A DNA stretch of 52,841 nt from Proteromonas lacertae (lineage: Eukaryota). The notes beneath the pieces were generated by a model. The model did no database searches. It was not told where the DNA came from and was given only the letters and a program-made list of their open reading frames with translations. Location of the stretch: assembly GCA_002245135.1 (NCBI GenBank), contig NGBS01000623.1, positions 1-52,841 on the forward strand. The letters run 5' to 3'. The number at the start of each line of letters is the position of its first letter. Within the stretch, counting starts at the first letter, position 1. This document shows positions 39,990 through 51,717 of this stretch, in pieces. A program made the position numbers and the translations under genes.

Positions 39990-40299
39990 TTATGATTTTT
40001 GATACACTTCATGTTCATCTACTGCTTGATTAGCACCATCAATAACGGCATACTAAAATGAGTATAATTAATGAATATACCTGTCTCTTTCTTAATGGTA
40101 TTTGATGCTTATCCTTCTTTTGAGTCTCTAGTAATTTTTGTGAGTCTGTTATTGCCACTTCTTTCTTCTCTTCTTCCTTCACTTCAGGTGGCGGAGCAGC
40201 TACTGTCTTATCAGTAGTTTCTTTAGGTACTACTGGAATAGTGGCTACATCATCATAGACAGCCCCTACTTTATTCAAATCAGAAGTACAAATACCCAT
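39990..40299 (-). other. Short N-acylated ORF or truncated N-terminal fragment of a PKG/PKA-R-like gene
   Basis: MGICTS myristoylation/palmitoylation-type start, a good intron after RKRQ, then YAVIDGANQAVDEHEVYQKS*. Sequence beyond this has the opposite strand bias. Confidence 0.45.
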
Positions 40300-40392
40300 A
40301 TTTTGTAACGAATTTTTGTTGGTTGTTTGTCTTTAAAATGTCATTTTTACTAAACAAGCATATAAAAATTTATTATATATATATAACACAAA

Positions 40393-41496
40393 TTACTTTA
40401 CAAAATTGTATATCAATACTCCAACCCCAATTATAACCACAATAAGAATCAGATTGATACAAAAACGATCTTCAGCCTGTGCAGTTTCAAGCGTCTCTTT
40501 AGCCTTTTTAACATTACGATCTAATTTATCTTGAGTTTTATCCATATGTTCATTTATTTGATCCAATTTATCTGACTGTTTCTTCAATTCATCACCCATT
40601 GTATTAGCTATATCCTATAATACAATAAAAAAACACAAAAATACTGATAAAACATCCAAACCATCACCTATTTGCTTCACCATCTCGTCTAATTCCTGAT
40701 CATTCTGTTTAATCTGTGCCAAGCCTTGTCTTTGCTCATCACTTAATTCTGGACCACCACCTCCACCTGTAGGTGCATCAATAGTACCACCGCCTGGCTC
40801 ACCGAAGGGATTTGAAGACCCACCTCCTACTAATGCATTTTTAGCATTCTTAGGTAGTAATGGTATTTTTTGTTGTTGTTGTGGAGTTATATTTGAACCA
40901 CCTGATTCAGCTCCAAAACCTGTTCCTGCTCCTGATGGAACTGCTTCTTCTACGTTTCTGATCTCGATGATTCCACCTACATCACTCATGAAATCTTCAT
41001 CTCTTTCATCCAGTTCTATTATAATGGTATAAAATATTAATGATTTATAGGAAATATACTTGAAACTTTTTCATCTGCTGATTTTTTTATTTCTTCTAGT
41101 TGATCTAATAGATCTTGAACTATATCTTGTCGGAACTTCTTTTCATCTGGTGTTAATTTGGATCTTCTCTTTTTCATTTCTTTATCCATCAATTTACTTA
41201 ATTCTGTAAAGGAAGTTATAACAGTATTAATTTCTCTTCTTATATTTGAATTTAATTCTATAATTAACCTTCTATTACCACCTCTATCAACTAAGGCGTT
41301 TCTCTTTTTAACAAGCTATTAAAATAGTTATAAAACTTCATACATCTCGAATGCTATTTATTCCTTTTTGAACTTCTTTCTGTTTTTGTAAGAATACATC
41401 TGCTGCAGCTTTTCTAGCTGCAGGATCTTCTAGATCTACTCCATGTAAGTCTTGTAATTCTTGTATTTTAACTATTAGTTTCTTTATATCAGTCAT
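40393..41496 (-). CDS. Qc-SNARE (Syp7/syntaxin-8-like); 3 introns
   Basis: Helical N-terminus, SNARE heptads (QNDQELD...MGDELKKQSDKLDQI), C-terminal TM FCINLILIVVIIGVGVLIY. Confidence 0.8.
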
Positions 41497-41589
41497 CACC
41501 TTAAAATCTTTTTATCAAAAATTCTAATAAATTTTTAAGCTTGGCTTGACAAAAGTTTCGTTTTTGTTTTTTCAAAATATAGAGGTAAA

Positions 41590-44500
41590 ATGTCATTAGA
41601 AAGAGTGAATTTACCAATAAAAATGTCCAATGACAAGCATAATCCTTTAATCAGAGGTGGTATGAGACAATCTCGTCCTTTAGAATCAAAAATGTCTCCT
41701 AGAACATCAATAAGAAAATCAAGAACATCAAGAACATCATTCAATAATAGTAAGACTGAAAGCCAGTTTGGTCAACCTCCACAACAGCAAGGAACAAATA
41801 TTTTGAATCTACATACTACTACCAGTTTTAGATTGCCTGCTAGAACATCGTATATATTTTATATTAAATTATAATTTCATATTTATTGAAATAGAAGTAA
41901 TTATGTAAATTCTTCAGACAGATCCACAAAAAGTGTATGTTCACAATCAGCAGAAGAAGATGATTTAGCTCCACAAACACCCGTTGATTTGCAACAAGTT
42001 GATTTAAAAAGAAAACCATTAATGGGTATTAGTCCATCAAGACCTTCCACATCAGCAATACCGAGTGTAATACAACACAATCGAAAACCACTAGAAACAA
42101 GAGAATTGATATCCAAAGCATTAAAAAGTCATTTTCTGTTTTCATTCTTAGATAAAGAGATGGAAGATTCAATTATTGATTCAATGGACTGTTTATTAGT
42201 TTCTAAAGGTACAAATATCATCATAGAAGGCAATATGGGTGATAACTGTTATGTGATAGAATCAGGCGAATTTTGCATTTATGAAAAATCCAAAGGCAAT
42301 GCTATGGTAAATAAACTAGGTCCTGGTGAGTTATTTGGTGAATTAGCGTTATTATATAATTGTCCATGTTCAGCCACTGTCCAGAGCTCTATGCCAAGCA
42401 AAGTTTGGGTATTAGACCGTGCTGCATTCAGAGCAATTGTTGCACAACTCTCCGAAAAAGAATCAACAAATTATCAAAATTACTTGAAGAATTTGAATTG
42501 TTTGAAATCACTGACTGAAGAGCAATTAGCCTCAGTAGCAGAAGTAGTCAGAGTGGAAGAATACAAAACAGATGACATTTTAGTCTCACCAGATACAAAG
42601 AACTTCACTATCTATATAATCCAGAAAGGTACAGCCAAATACAAAGACAGAAATGGTAAAGAAACTGAACTCAAAGAAGAAGATAGTTTTGGTGAAGAAA
42701 CATTACAACATAAAAATCCCACTTATACAGTAAGAGCAACGAGTAACTTAACATGCATCACTGTACATTACAACGATTTTGTTCGAGTAGTCGGTGATAT
42801 CGGTGATGTGATCGATCATAATAATCGATTAAAAGCGTTATTATCTATACCATTGTTACAATATTTGAGTTATCAGGAATTAGAACAATTAGATGAAGCT
42901 TTTGTATTAGAAACTTATACTTCAGGTAGTTATATAATTCGACAAGGAGAAATTGGTGATAAGTTTTATATTTTACATGGCGGAATATGTGACGTTACTA
43001 AAACTGTCGACAAAGATGGACAACCAATCGAACAATTCATTCGAAAGATTGAAGATGAAGGTAGTTACTTTGGAGAATTAGCTTTATACTCCCAAGATAG
43101 AAGAACAGCTAATGTAATAGCAGTAACTACTGTAACATGTTATACATTAGATCGACAATCATTCATCAAACTGTTTGGTCCTTTGAAAGATATTATGGGT
43201 CAACATTCTGTAACTAGAACTCTCAGATCAGTTCCACTATTTAGATCACTTTCTAATACAGAAATTGAATCATTAGCACATGCTTTAAGACGAAGGAAAT
43301 ATTCCAAAGGTGAATATTTAATTGAAGAAGGTACACAAGGTAATGAGTTCTTTATAATAAGTGAAGGATGTGTAAATATAACGAAGAATACTCCAACTGG
43401 TCAAATTCCTATTAGTAAGTGTGGTAATGGTAGTTATTTAGGTGAAATTGCATTGGTAACGAATGATTTGAGAACTGCCAATGCCATTGCTGAGACTGAA
43501 GTGGATGTATTTGTATTGGGAGCGAAGGAGTTTAGCACATTGTTTGCACCAATATTAGTATTATATATATATTATTATTATTATTTATCTCTTATCTTTT
43601 TTTACCTCTTTTTTTACCTCTTTTTTTCCTCTTTTTTCCCTCTTTTTTTTCTATCAATTTACTTCTTCTTATTATTATTAACAATAGTCAAAACTTCAAG
43701 AAAGTGCATCTCAAAAACGTCAAGCCGATGATTTGAGAGAACAATCTCAAGTAAATGACAAAATGAAATCACTCACCTTAGATAAACTAGAAACAGTTGC
43801 CTTACTAGGAACTGGAGTATTAGGTCGAGTTACACTAGTAAAAAATCCACAATCAAATGATATTTATGCATTAAAAGCAATGCATAAATACACAATAGTT
43901 GACAAAAAACAAGAAATAGCTGTAGTAAATGAGAAGAATATATTATTATCTTTAGATCATCCATTTATATTGAAATTATATAGAACTTTCCAAGACAGTG
44001 AGAAAGTGTATATGTTGACGGAATATGCTCAAGGTGGTGAGCTATATGGTTTATTAAGAAGAACACCTAAGTATATATATATATATTATAATAATTATTA
44101 TTTTAAATTGTTTATTAGACATCGATTAAGGCCAATTAAAGCTCAATTCTATGCTGCTTCTGTCTTATCAATATTAGAATATATCCATGGTAAAAGAATA
44201 GTCCATCGTGATTTAAAACCAGAAAATATCTTAATTGATACTCAAGGTTATATCAAAATGATAGATTTTGGTTTTGCTAAAGAAATAAGAGATAAAACTT
44301 ATACATTATGCGGTACACCTGAATATTTAGCTCCAGAAGTATTAACAGGTAAAGGCTACAACAGATCGTGCGATATTTGGGCATTTGGCATATTAATCTA
44401 TGAAATGTTATGTGGTCATGCACCATTCAGAGCACAACAAGAAGATCGATTATTCCAAAAGATTACAGAAGGCGTACTAGAATTTCCACCAAAATTCTTC

Positions 44501-44770
44501 GATTTTGCAGCTAGAGATTTAATTCAAAAGTTATTGACAGTTGATGTGAACCGTCGAATGGGATGTTTAAGAAGAGGTGTTAGAGATATAAAAGATAATA
44601 TTTGGTTTAAAGATATTGACTGGAAAAGATTAATGAAGAAGAAATACGATGTGCCTTGGATTCCTCCAGTGAAAGATGAAGTAGATTATTCTAATTTTGG
44701 ATGTAATGATCCTGAAGAGGAAGTACCACATTATGAAGGATCAACTTCAAATTGGGATAGTGAATTTTAG
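41590..44770 (+). CDS. PKG: cGMP-dependent protein kinase-like: four cyclic-nucleotide-binding domains plus an AGC kinase; introns 41850-41894, 43558-43687, 44071-44118
   Basis: FGELAL motifs and RTA cassettes; HRDLKPEN, DFGFAK, TYTLCGTPEY; AGC tail ending WDSEF. Confidence 0.9.
43595..43652 (+). repeat. Pyrimidine minisatellite (~12-nt unit CTTTTTTTACCT, 4-5 degenerate copies) in a 130-nt PKG intron
   Basis: Directly visible tandem copies. Confidence 0.8.
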
Positions 44771-45023
44771 AAAGTATTTTATTGTTTAATCTAATGTAAT
44801 TTGTTATGATATTTGTTTGTTTTGGTAGATTGCTCAATGTTTGTCTATGGTAAAAAATAAAAATTATAAAAGAATGTAATATGTGGGACTTTTAAAGCGA
44901 TTTTTTCTAATTACGAATATATCATTCAACAAAAATCCCAAATTACAGAAAGGATTTGAATAATAATTATTTTTAATTATTAATTCATTATGTTTAAATC
45001 TTTTAGCAATTTGTTTATTTCTT

Positions 45024-46595
45024 CTAAGCACTTTTAAAGTATGGTAGTGCTTCTTTATATTCTTTCTACTTAATATTACAATGGTGAATAATACTAAAAT
45101 ATAATAACAATAAGCTAACCAATTATTATTACATGCTTTTTCTTCATTTGTTGATGAATATTCTAAGGCAATTTTAAAGTAAGGAATTGTTTCTCTATAT
45201 TCTTTCTATTTATTATTACAATGATTAACATACTGAATAGTAATAACATTTGCCTATCATTCTATTATTATATTCTTTATCTTCATTTCTTGATGAATAT
45301 TCTAATGCAATTTTATAATATATAATTGCTTCCATATAACGATGCTAATGAATAATTATTATATATATACTATATTGTAATAACAGTCTCCTATACCACA
45401 ATTATTTATTTCTTTTTCTTCATTTAATGTAGAAAATAATAACGATTTTTTACAATATTGAATTGATTTTTGATATTCATTCTACACTATATATCAATCT
45501 ATAAATACTAATTCAAAATAACAACATCCTAGCCGATTATAACAATATTTTTTATGATCATTTGTTAAAGCATATTCTAATCTATTTTCGTAATATGGAA
45601 TTGCTTCTCTGTATTCTTTCTATTTATTTCATAATATATAACAATATACATTTTCATAATAATAATCTCCTATTATCTTATTCATTTGACAGTTTTCTTT
45701 TTGTGAATTGTTTTCTCTCATTTCTACCATCATTTCATTCGCTTTTTCTTTTTCTTTATTCTTCAATAATTCAATAATAACATTAACTCTAATTCTGAAT
45801 ATTAATTCTTCTATTGTCATTCGATTATCTTTATTCACTGCTAATAATCTACATAATATATTATTGTATCTATAGTTTAGTTTATCATTATTTTCATATT
45901 TAAATTCTGTTATGGATTTTATTAAATCATAAGTTGAATTGGTTTTAAATGGAATTTCTTTTCTTAATAATCTATAATAGATTATTCCTATATTCCATAT
46001 ATCACTTGCAACATTCATTTCTTCATCTTTCAATATTTCTGGACTTAAATATATTATCTCATCCATATCTCTTTTTATATCATTTAATCTGTCTTTCAAT
46101 AACAAATATTTTAAATTATCAACTATTATTATATCTCCTTCTTCATTCAACAACATATTATTCAGTTTGATATTGTTATATATCATACCATTTTCTTCCA
46201 GTGTCTTTATCGCTTTTATCAATTTTAACATTATCTCATTGATTTCTATCTCTTTTAACTCTTTCTTAAACATTAACTCTTCTAAGTTACTCTCATATTT
46301 CTTCATTATCAATATCACATATTTTTCGGTAATTATGTATTTATCATATATCAATACATTGCTCACTCTCAAATTACTCGATTTCTCTAGTGATTCAACA
46401 AAACGATCCAGACACCTCAAATTCATTTTATCTCTGTTATATATCTTCACACATTTTATATCATTACTATTCTTTTCTTTAACTTCCAACAAAACACTTA
46501 AATCACTCTTCTTTATCACTCTTATCAACTATTTCATATTAAACAGCAGTAAAATATACAGAATATTCATCACTTATACTTTCAAATTCTTCCAT
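45024..46595 (-). CDS. Pseudokinase-TPR protein, truncated at the C-terminus by a deletion
   Basis: MEEFESISDEYS|LIRVIKK; kinase fold with YNN for HRD, DNL for DFG, YLSPE and SDIWNIG; four ~37-aa TPR exons; premature TAG at 45024. Confidence 0.8.
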
Positions 46596-47019
46596 TCTTG
46601 AGAAATTTTAATCTCAAAATCTATCAAGCCAAATATTTTTTAATGTTTTTTTATGTAAATACTTCATATTTACATAAACTGTGAAAATTACTATTAAAAA
46701 TTATGATCAATTAAGATAATCCAGTACAAAAAACATAACATAATAAATATTAAACTGATAAAGCTCTCAAATTTGAGTTTTCTTTAATTTCATTACTAAC
46801 ATTATTTCGACCATTCTTTAAAATATCTATACTCTTATTATTATCAAATATCTTTTCTATTTTCATTTTCTTCATTGTCATCATTATAACTATTACAATC
46901 ATTATAGATTAAATTGTATATTCCTTATTTTGTTCTTTTAAAAACTGAAATGACATATGTTTATATATATAATTATTTTTTTAATTGCTGTAAGAATGGG
47001 GCAAATCAATCAATTTTAC

Positions 47020-49528
47020 AAATATATAGCTTTACTGTTATTAGAGGTATAAAAACATATTAAATAACTTTATTAAATAATAAATAATAAAATATATAAA
47101 ACAACAACTAGAGCCAGCGAAGGAATAGCAAAATAGTGAATCTTATTCACTTCTCTTTTTTTTATGTACAATCCTTCAATATCGAAAATATAGTTGAGTT
47201 ATTAATTCTATCTCTTCTACCAATTTTATATGCCACATCTATTCTTACAGTTCCATTTCCTTTACATTTAATTTTAATGTCAATTTTTTTGTTTTATCAC
47301 TCAATTTCTTAACATGCAATATTGATCCACTTACTTTAACTTCACAAATACTTTCATTGTTTGATATTGCATAAGGTTTATCGATCACTTCATATTCTAA
47401 TAATTTATTTGCTTAAAATAAATTAAGCAATTACTAATACGGTTTATCTATTTTAAAAAAAGATATAACAAAATGATATGTTTTTTCATCACATGGATAT
47501 GGATTGGCTGAATACCAATCTTCCTGTACATAACCATTGTATACTACATAATCTTCATAGTAATCGTAATAACATGTATACTTATGTAAATCTTGAAGAT
47601 TAGGAGTTAAAAAAGAAATATAAAATATATATTATAAAAATGATATAAAATGATTCGTTTTAACAGCATATAAAAATATATCTTTTTTACAAATTTTAAT
47701 CAAACTAAATGTGATTGGAGTGTTTTCTACTAATATCTCTATTATTACTTCAAATTCACCATCTACACTGCATTTATAATCTATTATCAATTCTCCTCTT
47801 CTATTTTCTTTGCTTAAAGTTATTTTTTTTTCACCTTTATAATTAACTAAACTTATTTTAGCTTTAAGACTATCATAATATACTCCAGTTATAATTCTTG
47901 GATGTGATATTACCAAATCTTCATCTCCTTCATTTTCCATATAATAATGAGATTTAATTTCATCCCAATTTACTTTCACTGAATTATTTCCATGTGTATA
48001 ATCAGGTAATACAATTCCATTCTTTACTACATAACTATCAGATTTTGAATCCCCACAATCATATGAAGTTATAGTAATTGGATATTTTTTAGATAATTTA
48101 CATTCTTTGTTATATCCAAAAGAAAACTTGGGTAATGAATCAACTGTTTTAGCTTCTGTAGATAATACATCAAACGATACTCTTACTCTTTTTATTCCAT
48201 TTTCATTACATTTGTGATGAATTATTAACTTTTTATTGTCTTTTCCAATACTCATTATTTTGGATGATTCTTCTATTATTCTTACATCCATATCATCGCC
48301 TCTTATTACTGGATATGCAATATTTGTTTTTCCATAACGACTCTATTGATATAATATTTAAATATATTTAATACTCGAATATGCAAAATTAAATAAATTT
48401 GGCTACTTTCTAATGTTATATTTTTTTCATCATTCTTTGAATATGGAAATTTAACTACTCCATCAGTTATTACCTTATTATATGAAACAAAATTACTTTC
48501 ATCCATTACAACATCAAAACCATGAATTGGACCTACTCTATAATCTTTAATGAATGAAAATTCAATTCCATAATAATAACTACATCTAACAGTTACTTTA
48601 TATCTTTTTGGTTCACCTGAAAATACAATTCTAATTTCATTTATATTATCATCTCGATTATTATATACTTTCTCTATTTTTATTTCATCATAGTTAAAAT
48701 CCTTTAATTCACAACACATGTTATATGATACTTTACCACTTAATAATATGCTTGTTATTGAACCAACATTATCTATATATAAATCTTCATTAGAAGGATC
48801 AAAAATTGGATTAATTAAACCTTCATGTGAAATTGTATTATTAATAGCTTCATTATGCTATTATCACTATATAACATAATAACAATACTATATATATATT
48901 CTCATCTCTCATACCTACAAAAGTACAACTCTTATTTACAAATAAATCAAATACAAAATTATATTTATCTTCTAATATCAATGACATTAGGATTTTAACT
49001 GTTACTGTTTTAGTATTTTTACATCCAAAGTTAATTGAAAAAATACCTTTGTATTTATTATCTTTTACATTAGATATCTTATTTCTTGCAAATGGAATAA
49101 CTGTAACATTCATTGCTTTAGGATATTCTTCTGCTTTTATATTAACTGTAAAACATAATGAAGGATATATATAAATCTTTAAAAAATCAAATCAAAATGA
49201 TATATTGGCTTAGTTTTACTGATCATCTCATAATAACAATCAAAATAAGATAATGTATCATAAATTTCATTCTTTGGAGGATAACTAAAATCATTTCTAG
49301 AAGAAAATAATAGAACTGTATATACTCTACTAAAATACCTTCTGCAACTATTTTATCACTCTTATAACCATCACTGCAATACATGTCCATTTCAGTTGAA
49401 AGCTATGTATTTATATAAAAATTATATACTAACTTTTGCCTATCTAGTCGAGATGATTTTGTTAATACACTACCACAACTTTCAGTTAATAATATTATCA
49501 CAATCACTCTAAATATGGATTTTATCAT
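47020..49528 (-). CDS. Putative type I membrane/secreted protein with ~4 beta-rich internal repeats; two non-canonical introns and several 3' frame breaks (pseudogene or assembly errors; 3' end approximate)
   Basis: Signal-like N-terminus MIKSIFRVIVIILL; recurring VxxGxV..Y/W and I..KC...G motifs; out-of-frame hydrophobic tail FAIPSLALVVVLYILLFII near 47080-47140. Confidence 0.55.
47599..47646 (-). other. U12-type-like intron, AT-AT (48 nt) or AT-AA (54 nt)
   Basis: 5' ATATCATTTT, branch-like TTTTTAAC. It contains the in-frame stop of ORF 47632, and the frame continues LQDLHKYTC. No GT donor fits. Confidence 0.65.
49148..49203 (-). other. U12-type AT-AC intron (56 nt)
   Basis: 5' ATATCATTTT, branch-like TCCTTCAT 10 nt from AC. 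Removal joins SKTKP-I-VNIKAEEYPKAM in frame. Confidence 0.8.
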
Positions 49529-50318
49529 TTTTGAAATTGTTGAAATAATGTTTAAACATTTTCATTTTTTCATATTTTGAGAGTTTCAATGGGAAATATG
49601 TGATTTGTATGTATGATTATTGTAATATTTTGCTTAATTTACACTTTCAACCAGGAAAAGACATGATTGATGATTGAAGTCATCAATATAATTCATTCAC
49701 CACTTAATTGATTCTATTTATTCAATAACAGTATAAAATTCTATAATTTCTTCCTTGCTACTAACAGCAACCAAACGGTGTTCGTGACCAAATATATTCC
49801 CATTTCCACCTGTATTCTACTATGTAATATTAAATATCATTAATATGAATATTAACAACAAACAATAATACCCTAGTTAGGTCAAAACCATAAATTTTAA
49901 TATTTTGGGGAATTAATTCAACGAAAAAAGTTTCAAAAAATATTATAGTTTTTCATTTATATCCTTTCAGTTTCTTATTCATTCTCTTCAAATTATTAAT
50001 ATTATATCTAGTATACAATAAAATAAAAATTTCCTTATAACGATGAAGAAGAAAGATGTACAAGTTAATAAATAAAATGATAAACTTCAACATATTATTT
50101 ATACACAGAGTACATGCAAAATAGTGATTTATTCTTTTAAATTTTCACAATTTAATTTTGTTTTAAAAAATATATTCGTTTCGATTCATCATAATTATCA
50201 AATTTATTGAATATTTCAATAACAGGTTATTTTGAACAACTGTTGAATCATTAGTTCTATCATATTTATATAAAATAAGCAAAGAAACAAAATAATTGAA
50301 GTTTCAATGAATTTTGAA

Positions 50319-51485
50319 ATGCATAAACTGCTTCAAGATGATTATCAAGGTGGATTGTTGAAGATCCAACCAAATATCAACAATTCATTAGAGATTAAAG
50401 CTGTGAATCTTCGTTTATAGCAATTCAACAAATAAGAAGGAAGAACCTCCAAATGAATATGACAGAGTGGATAATCCAATGCATATTTCACCTCATCATC
50501 CGTTCAAATATTATAGTGAAGCTGATTTCCTGGATAGTCCTTTTTATAACAGTAGAGAGGGGTGTATGAAAGTAGATCATAGAATAGCAGAAGATATAAT
50601 TAATGTGACAAAAAGTATACCAATGCATCCAAAGAAAATAATCATATCAAATCAGAAACGAATGACAGTAATAAAGATGATTTTTTAGAAGAACTTGACG
50701 ATTTAAACGCAGTAGATGATATTTCATATTATCTACAACAATCACGCACTGTTGAAACAATAGAGCAAGAAGAAGAAGTAATTATTTTCAATGCTACAGA
50801 ACAAATAGTAAAAAAAATGGAAGAAGAAAGTGGTAATATTAAAGATATTCCATACTTAGGTAATGCAATTGCAAGTTACAACTTATGTATATCATCATCA
50901 ACAACAAGTAATAATAACGCATTAATCATACAAAAAGAAACAAAAGTAAAACGAAAGCAAGTAAATGAATATGAATATGAATATAATGATGAAGAACAAC
51001 AACCTATAAAGAAGAAGAAGAAGAAGAAAATAAGCAGAAATAAAACCTGTAAAAGTATCAATAGTAAATATCCAAAAGGTATAAAATTAAATACAAAACA
51101 ACCAGTTTCTGAAGAAGATAAAGTAAAATATCAGTCATTAATAAATAATCCAAAGAATATGAGAGAATGTTTTTATTGTAAGAACATAATAAGCAAATTA
51201 GAAGTATTAATTGTGGATAATAGATATATATGTTGTAAGAGTTGTGGAATAAAGAAAAAATTTGATTTGACAAGGTTAAAAGTTGATATAGCTGAAGAAG
51301 AGGATTTTGATAATGAAGATGTAATACTATATCAGTGTGAAAGACAACATCATGCAAGACCAATTGAATATTTTATAAAGTATAATGAAAGTGGAGATGA
51401 ATATCGATATATGAGCAACTGTAAATGGTGTAGATTATATAAAAGTCAAGAATATGCAAGAAAGAAAGAAAGTGATAGAAAATGA
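50319..51485 (+). pseudogene. Intronless gene with two frame breaks; acidic region, poly-Lys NLS-like tract and a C-terminal Cys/His zinc-binding region
   Basis: Three successive open frames (breaks near 50410 and 50610). CFYC..CCKSC and CERQHH..CKWC clusters. Confidence 0.5.
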
Positions 51486-51717
51486 ATAAAATAAAGCTAT
51501 TAATTATTAACGCATTTTTTTATTTTATGAATTATTTGTTGTTGAATTAGTTATTTATCTAACAATTATCTACTATTTTAAGAGCATAGTGGAGTAAAAT
51601 AGAGTATAATAATTTACATACAAAATGAAACGAATATATATACAATTTTTTAGTCTCAACTGATTCGATTTTATTGGATAATTAATATTTCATTTTTTAA
51701 TTGACAATAGAAGGTTA

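Noticed and set aside
47412..47479. A fourth ATATCATTTT intron (minus strand, starting 47479)
   Set aside because: No plausible acceptor restores the frame, and the sequence reads as coding (TYHFVISFF), followed by a normal-looking GT-AG intron.
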